In this document: in pieces, positions 54,807-57,864 of the stretch
How the letters are laid out: each line of letters begins with the position of its first letter
How positions within the stretch are numbered: position 1 is the first letter of the stretch
Assembly (NCBI GenBank): GCA_902780865.1
Contig: CACZHC010000010.1
Span: forward strand, 1-57,864
DNA from: an uncultured bacterium
Lineage (GTDB): Bacteria; Verrucomicrobiota; Kiritimatiellia; RFP12; UBA1067
DNA: 57,864 bases
Direction: 5' to 3'
Made by a program: the position numbers and the translations under genes
The notes under the pieces: model-generated
What the model saw: only the letters and a program-made list of their open reading frames with translations
Told to the model about the DNA's origin: nothing
Database searches by the model: none

Positions 54807-56531
54807 ATGAGAATTAACATGGCGCATTCTTTCTTTGCCGCCGCGCTTTGCGGTGCGGTTTTGCTGACTGGACGTGGTGTTTTCGCCGCGCCCTCGGAGT
54901 TTACGGCGACGACCGATTCCGACAACAACGGCTACACCGGAACAGTCTCCTCCAGCGGCGACGGCTACGCATTCACGGCGGAAGACTCGGCGAGGTACTA
55001 CAAATTCCTCAACCTCTACAACGACCTGCTGCTCGACGGCGAGGCATGCGCGGGCTGCACGAACTGGCATACGGTGACAGTCGGCGGAACTTGGTCGTCC
55101 CGACCCGTCACCGTCACGATTACGAATGGCGCGCGGATGGTGACGTGGCGGAACCGGAACATCCTGTTCAGGGGAAAGGGCGGCACGATCGTCGTCTCGG
55201 AGCCGACGGCGCGGGACCTTGACTGGAAAAATCCCGTCGGCAACAAAATCACGACCGCCTTCGGAGACACCTACACCAACATGATCGGCACGGTCGGCCA
55301 CGGCTCGAAGTTCACGCTTTGCAGTGATGTCACGTCCGACACCGGAACGAACGACATCCTGCGGCTTCTCGCCAACGGAACGGCGTCCTACCATTTTATC
55401 AGCAACCAGAACGCCTCCGTCGCCGCCCGCATTCTCTTCGAGGGAGGGGAAATGTGGTCTTTTAGCGAGGCTTCCACGAAATTTCAGGTCTCCGACGGTG
55501 CGAAGATCATTCTCCAGAGCGTGGACGGCCAGCCCATCAAGCTGCGCTCCTATGGCTACGACTATCGGCTCTTCGCCGGGCCGGGGACGTTCGAGACGGC
55601 CGGCGACGGCGACTTCGTCCTGCTCCAGAATTCCTACTCGACCAACCGGAAGACGGTCACGCTTTCCACCGACGAGGGCGGCAGATTCGTCTGGGGCCAT
55701 TCGGGTCGCTTCGTCCTCGGCGGCCTTTGCATCCTCGAAATGGGGTCAGATGACGTTCTCCCCCATGGTCCGCAGACTGGACCCGTCTTCATTGCCAACG
55801 GCCTCGCGTCAAGCGAAACAGGCCCGCTTGTCATCGACCTCAACGGCACGTCGAACACCGTGAACGGCATCGCCTGGATCGACGACTGGAACGACGGCAA
55901 TTGGTCTTTTTCCAGAAACCACGTTGTCACGAACTCGTCCGCGACGGTCGCGACGCTGGGGCTGGACGTTTCCTCTCGCACGAATTTGAGCGAGATCCTC
56001 AACGCGAAGTTCGCGGCGGACGCGCCGACGACCATTAACCTTCGCAAGGTTGGCGCCGGGACGCTTGCGGTGAACAACGCGAAGGCCGTCGCCACGCTCG
56101 CGACGAACGCCTGTCTGCAAGTCGCGGAGGGCGTCGTTTCTTTCGACGTCGATGCGACGCTTGTGCGCCCCCTTTCGGTCGATGGCGGTTCTGTTGCGGT
56201 CGCATCCGGCACAACGCTTGACACCTCGTCGATAGCAGACGCAAATATCTCCATCGGCGGCCTCACGGTCGATTCCGCCGCTGCGTCCAGCCCCACGATC
56301 ACCAAGTTCCGTCCGGCACCGAACGGCAAGTTGTATCTGACGAATTTCCCGGGCGAACTCGCGTCGAACTACACGGTGCCGATCAATCTGACGAACGTCG
56401 TCGATGCGGAGAATTTCGCGTCGTGGAAGGTCTACGTGAACGGCGCGGAGGTGCGCGGATTCGTTCCGGAGTATGTGAACGGCGTACTCAAGGCCAAGTT
56501 CAAACACGGTCTAGCCATCTTCATCAGGTAA
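54807..56531 (+). CDS. secreted beta-helix-like protein with an autotransporter-passenger-type repeat and a short C-terminal G-hydrophobic-R motif
   Basis: Signal peptide; T/S/G/N-rich beta repeats; IDLNG, LRKVGAGTLAV (PATR-like); ends KFKHGLAIFIR; no beta-barrel. Confidence 0.7.
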   Translation: MRINMAHSFFAAALCGAVLLTGRGVFAAPSEFTATTDSDNNGYTGTVSSSGDGYAFTAEDSARYYKFLNLYNDLLLDGEACAGCTNWHTVTVGGTWSSRPVTVTITNGARMVTWRNRNILFRGKGGTIVVSEPTARDLDWKNPVGNKITTAFGDTYTNMIGTVGHGSKFTLCSDVTSDTGTNDILRLLANGTASYHFISNQNASVAARILFEGGEMWSFSEASTKFQVSDGAKIILQSVDGQPIKLRSYGYDYRLFAGPGTFETAGDGDFVLLQNSYSTNRKTVTLSTDEGGRFVWGHSGRFVLGGLCILEMGSDDVLPHGPQTGPVFIANGLASSETGPLVIDLNGTSNTVNGIAWIDDWNDGNWSFSRNHVVTNSSATVATLGLDVSSRTNLSEILNAKFAADAPTTINLRKVGAGTLAVNNAKAVATLATNACLQVAEGVVSFDVDATLVRPLSVDGGSVAVASGTTLDTSSIADANISIGGLTVDSAAASSPTITKFRPAPNGKLYLTNFPGELASNYTVPINLTNVVDAENFASWKVYVNGAEVRGFVPEYVNGVLKAKFKHGLAIFIR

Positions 56532-56533
56532 AA

Positions 56534-57864
56534 ATGACAATGTGTAAATGTGAAAATATTGCCAATTACCAATACCCAATGTTGCAAGTTGGAAATTGGA
56601 AACTTATATTGTCAATACTGGCAACACTGGCAACATTCACCACGGCTTTTGCGGGCATCAAGTACGATATCCCGATGATGGATATCAGCAAAGAGGCGGG
56701 ACCTAACGGAACGCGCCTTGGAGACGTGTGCCTTGCCGGGAAAAAGTACTGGGCTTCGCTTTGCGTCAAGACGCCCAGTCGAGTCACGATCCCGCTTGGC
56801 GGCGGTGCAGTTTCGCTCAGCGCCGTCAGTGGAGTCGACTGCCGCAACGAGGTGGACGAACCTGCGACATTCCGCATAGTCGCTCCGGACGGAAAGGTCA
56901 TGTGGGAGAAGGCGGGCGTCAAGAAAGGCGTGAAGCTTGATGCGACGGTGGACCTGACGGGCCTTGAGTCCGTCGTTCTTGAGGTGTCCGGCGCTGACGG
57001 CATAATGGCCGGATGGGCGTTCGGAACCGTCTTCGAGTTTGCCGACGGGAAGTATCCGCCGAACGACGTCAGGATGCACACGCCACAGCTTGGCATTCTT
57101 ACGCCTCCAGAGAGCGCAAAACCGCGCATCAACGGGCCTGTCGTGTACGGCGTGAGACCCGGCCATCCGATCATCTACCGCGTGCCAGTCACAGGCCAGA
57201 GGCCGATGAAGATTTCCTTAGCCGCAAAGAACACAAAGTGCGCAAAGAACTGTAGCGAATGTCTTTGCGATCTTTGCGTCCTTTGCGGCAAAAAAATAAC
57301 CTTCGATCCGGTGATGCATGTGATTACTGGCGCAATTGATCAGCCAGGCGAGTACAAGATTACTATTGTCGCAGAAAACAGCGAGGGGCGCGATTGCCGC
57401 GACTTCACGATCAAGGTCGGCGACAAGATCTCGCTGACCCCCGCGATGGGCTGGAACAGCTGGAACTGTTTCTCCTGGAATGTAACCGCCGACGATGTCC
57501 GCAAAGCGGCGGATGCGTTCGAGAAGACCGGGCTTGCCGAACACGGCTGGGCATACGTCAACATCGACGACTTCTGGCAGAACAAGCCAACGTCATGGAT
57601 GAAGGAACTCCACGGTCCTGTGCGTGACGAGAATGGAAAGGTAAACACGAACAAGCGCTTTCCGGACATGAAGGGGCTTGTCGACTACATCCACTCCAAG
57701 GGGTTCAAGGCCGGGATCTATTCTTCACCCGGGCCAAAGACATGCGGAGGATGCGAAGGAAGCTGGCAGCACGAGGCGCAGGATGCGAAGACCTATGCCG
57801 AATGGGGCTTTGACTACCTGAAGCACGACTGGTGCAGCTACGGGAGCGTCGCGACTGGCGAAGG
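56534..57864 (+). CDS. GH27 alpha-galactosidase with N-terminal NPCBM-like and Ig-like (He_PIG) domains; truncated by window end
   Basis: Own translation from ATG 56534 is open to the window end: signal-like ...ILSILATLATFTTAFA, ILTPP..AKPRINGP.VYGVRPG, TPAMGWNSWN, YVNIDDFW, FPDMKGLVDYIHS.G.K.GIYSSPG, WGFDYLKHDWC. Confidence 0.88.
   Translation, partial: MTMCKCENIANYQYPMLQVGNWKLILSILATLATFTTAFAGIKYDIPMMDISKEAGPNGTRLGDVCLAGKKYWASLCVKTPSRVTIPLGGGAVSLSAVSGVDCRNEVDEPATFRIVAPDGKVMWEKAGVKKGVKLDATVDLTGLESVVLEVSGADGIMAGWAFGTVFEFADGKYPPNDVRMHTPQLGILTPPESAKPRINGPVVYGVRPGHPIIYRVPVTGQRPMKISLAAKNTKCAKNCSECLCDLCVLCGKKITFDPVMHVITGAIDQPGEYKITIVAENSEGRDCRDFTIKVGDKISLTPAMGWNSWNCFSWNVTADDVRKAADAFEKTGLAEHGWAYVNIDDFWQNKPTSWMKELHGPVRDENGKVNTNKRFPDMKGLVDYIHSKGFKAGIYSSPGPKTCGGCEGSWQHEAQDAKTYAEWGFDYLKHDWCSYGSVATGE
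56539..56637. repeat. degenerate palindromic AT-rich repeat element forming the 5' end of the GH27 gene
   Basis: AATGTGTA AATGTGAA AATATTGCCAAT TACCAAT ACCCAAT ... TTGGAAA TTGGAAA ... ATTGTCAAT ACTGGCAAC ACTGGCAACATT. Confidence 0.7.
57221..57289. repeat. 69-nt in-frame palindromic element: 3x NNCGCAAAG / loop / 3x CTTTGCGNN
   Basis: GCCGCAAAG AACACAAAG TGCGCAAAG AACTGTAGCGAATGT CTTTGCGAT CTTTGCGTC CTTTGCGGC; encodes AAKNTKCAKNCSECLCDLCVLCG. Confidence 0.92.

Overview
GC-rich bacterial chromosomal window, most likely from a gut or rumen PVC-superphylum organism of the Kiritimatiellae type (inferred from gene content and protein style, not provable here). It has about 42 genes, nearly all on the + strand. 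Housekeeping genes: aconitase, plsC, cysS, dxr, rseP, ispG, dapL, waaA, folD, suhB. It also holds many secreted glycoside hydrolases (GH106, GH9, GH2, GH16, GH36-like, GH27), a type II secretion pseudopilin cluster (gspG-H-I-J-K), an AmmeMemoRadiSam B-A fusion and a XylR-type regulator. A ~10 kb accessory island of mosaic secreted-protein genes separates dxr from rseP-ispG. I saw no rRNA, tRNA, CRISPR array, transposase, integrase or reverse transcriptase. Five non-obvious signals stand out. (1) About ten short 7-, 8- or 9-nt periodic repeat elements, some forming long palindromes, sit in-frame inside genes or span stop-to-start junctions. (2) Two island proteins share a beta-rich C-terminal domain, and an orphan stub of the same domain closes the island. 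(3) A TGCCCGATT-N19-AATCGGGYA-TGTT operator occurs three times with identical geometry, one copy next to the XylR-type gene. (4) At least eight genes look leaderless, with an (extended) -10 box 6-8 nt before the start codon. (5) WaaA reads through an internal lipoprotein-like signal into a TPR-ended domain. cysS and the DUF5107/TPR gene carry frame breaks at micro-repeats, which may be sequencing or assembly errors.
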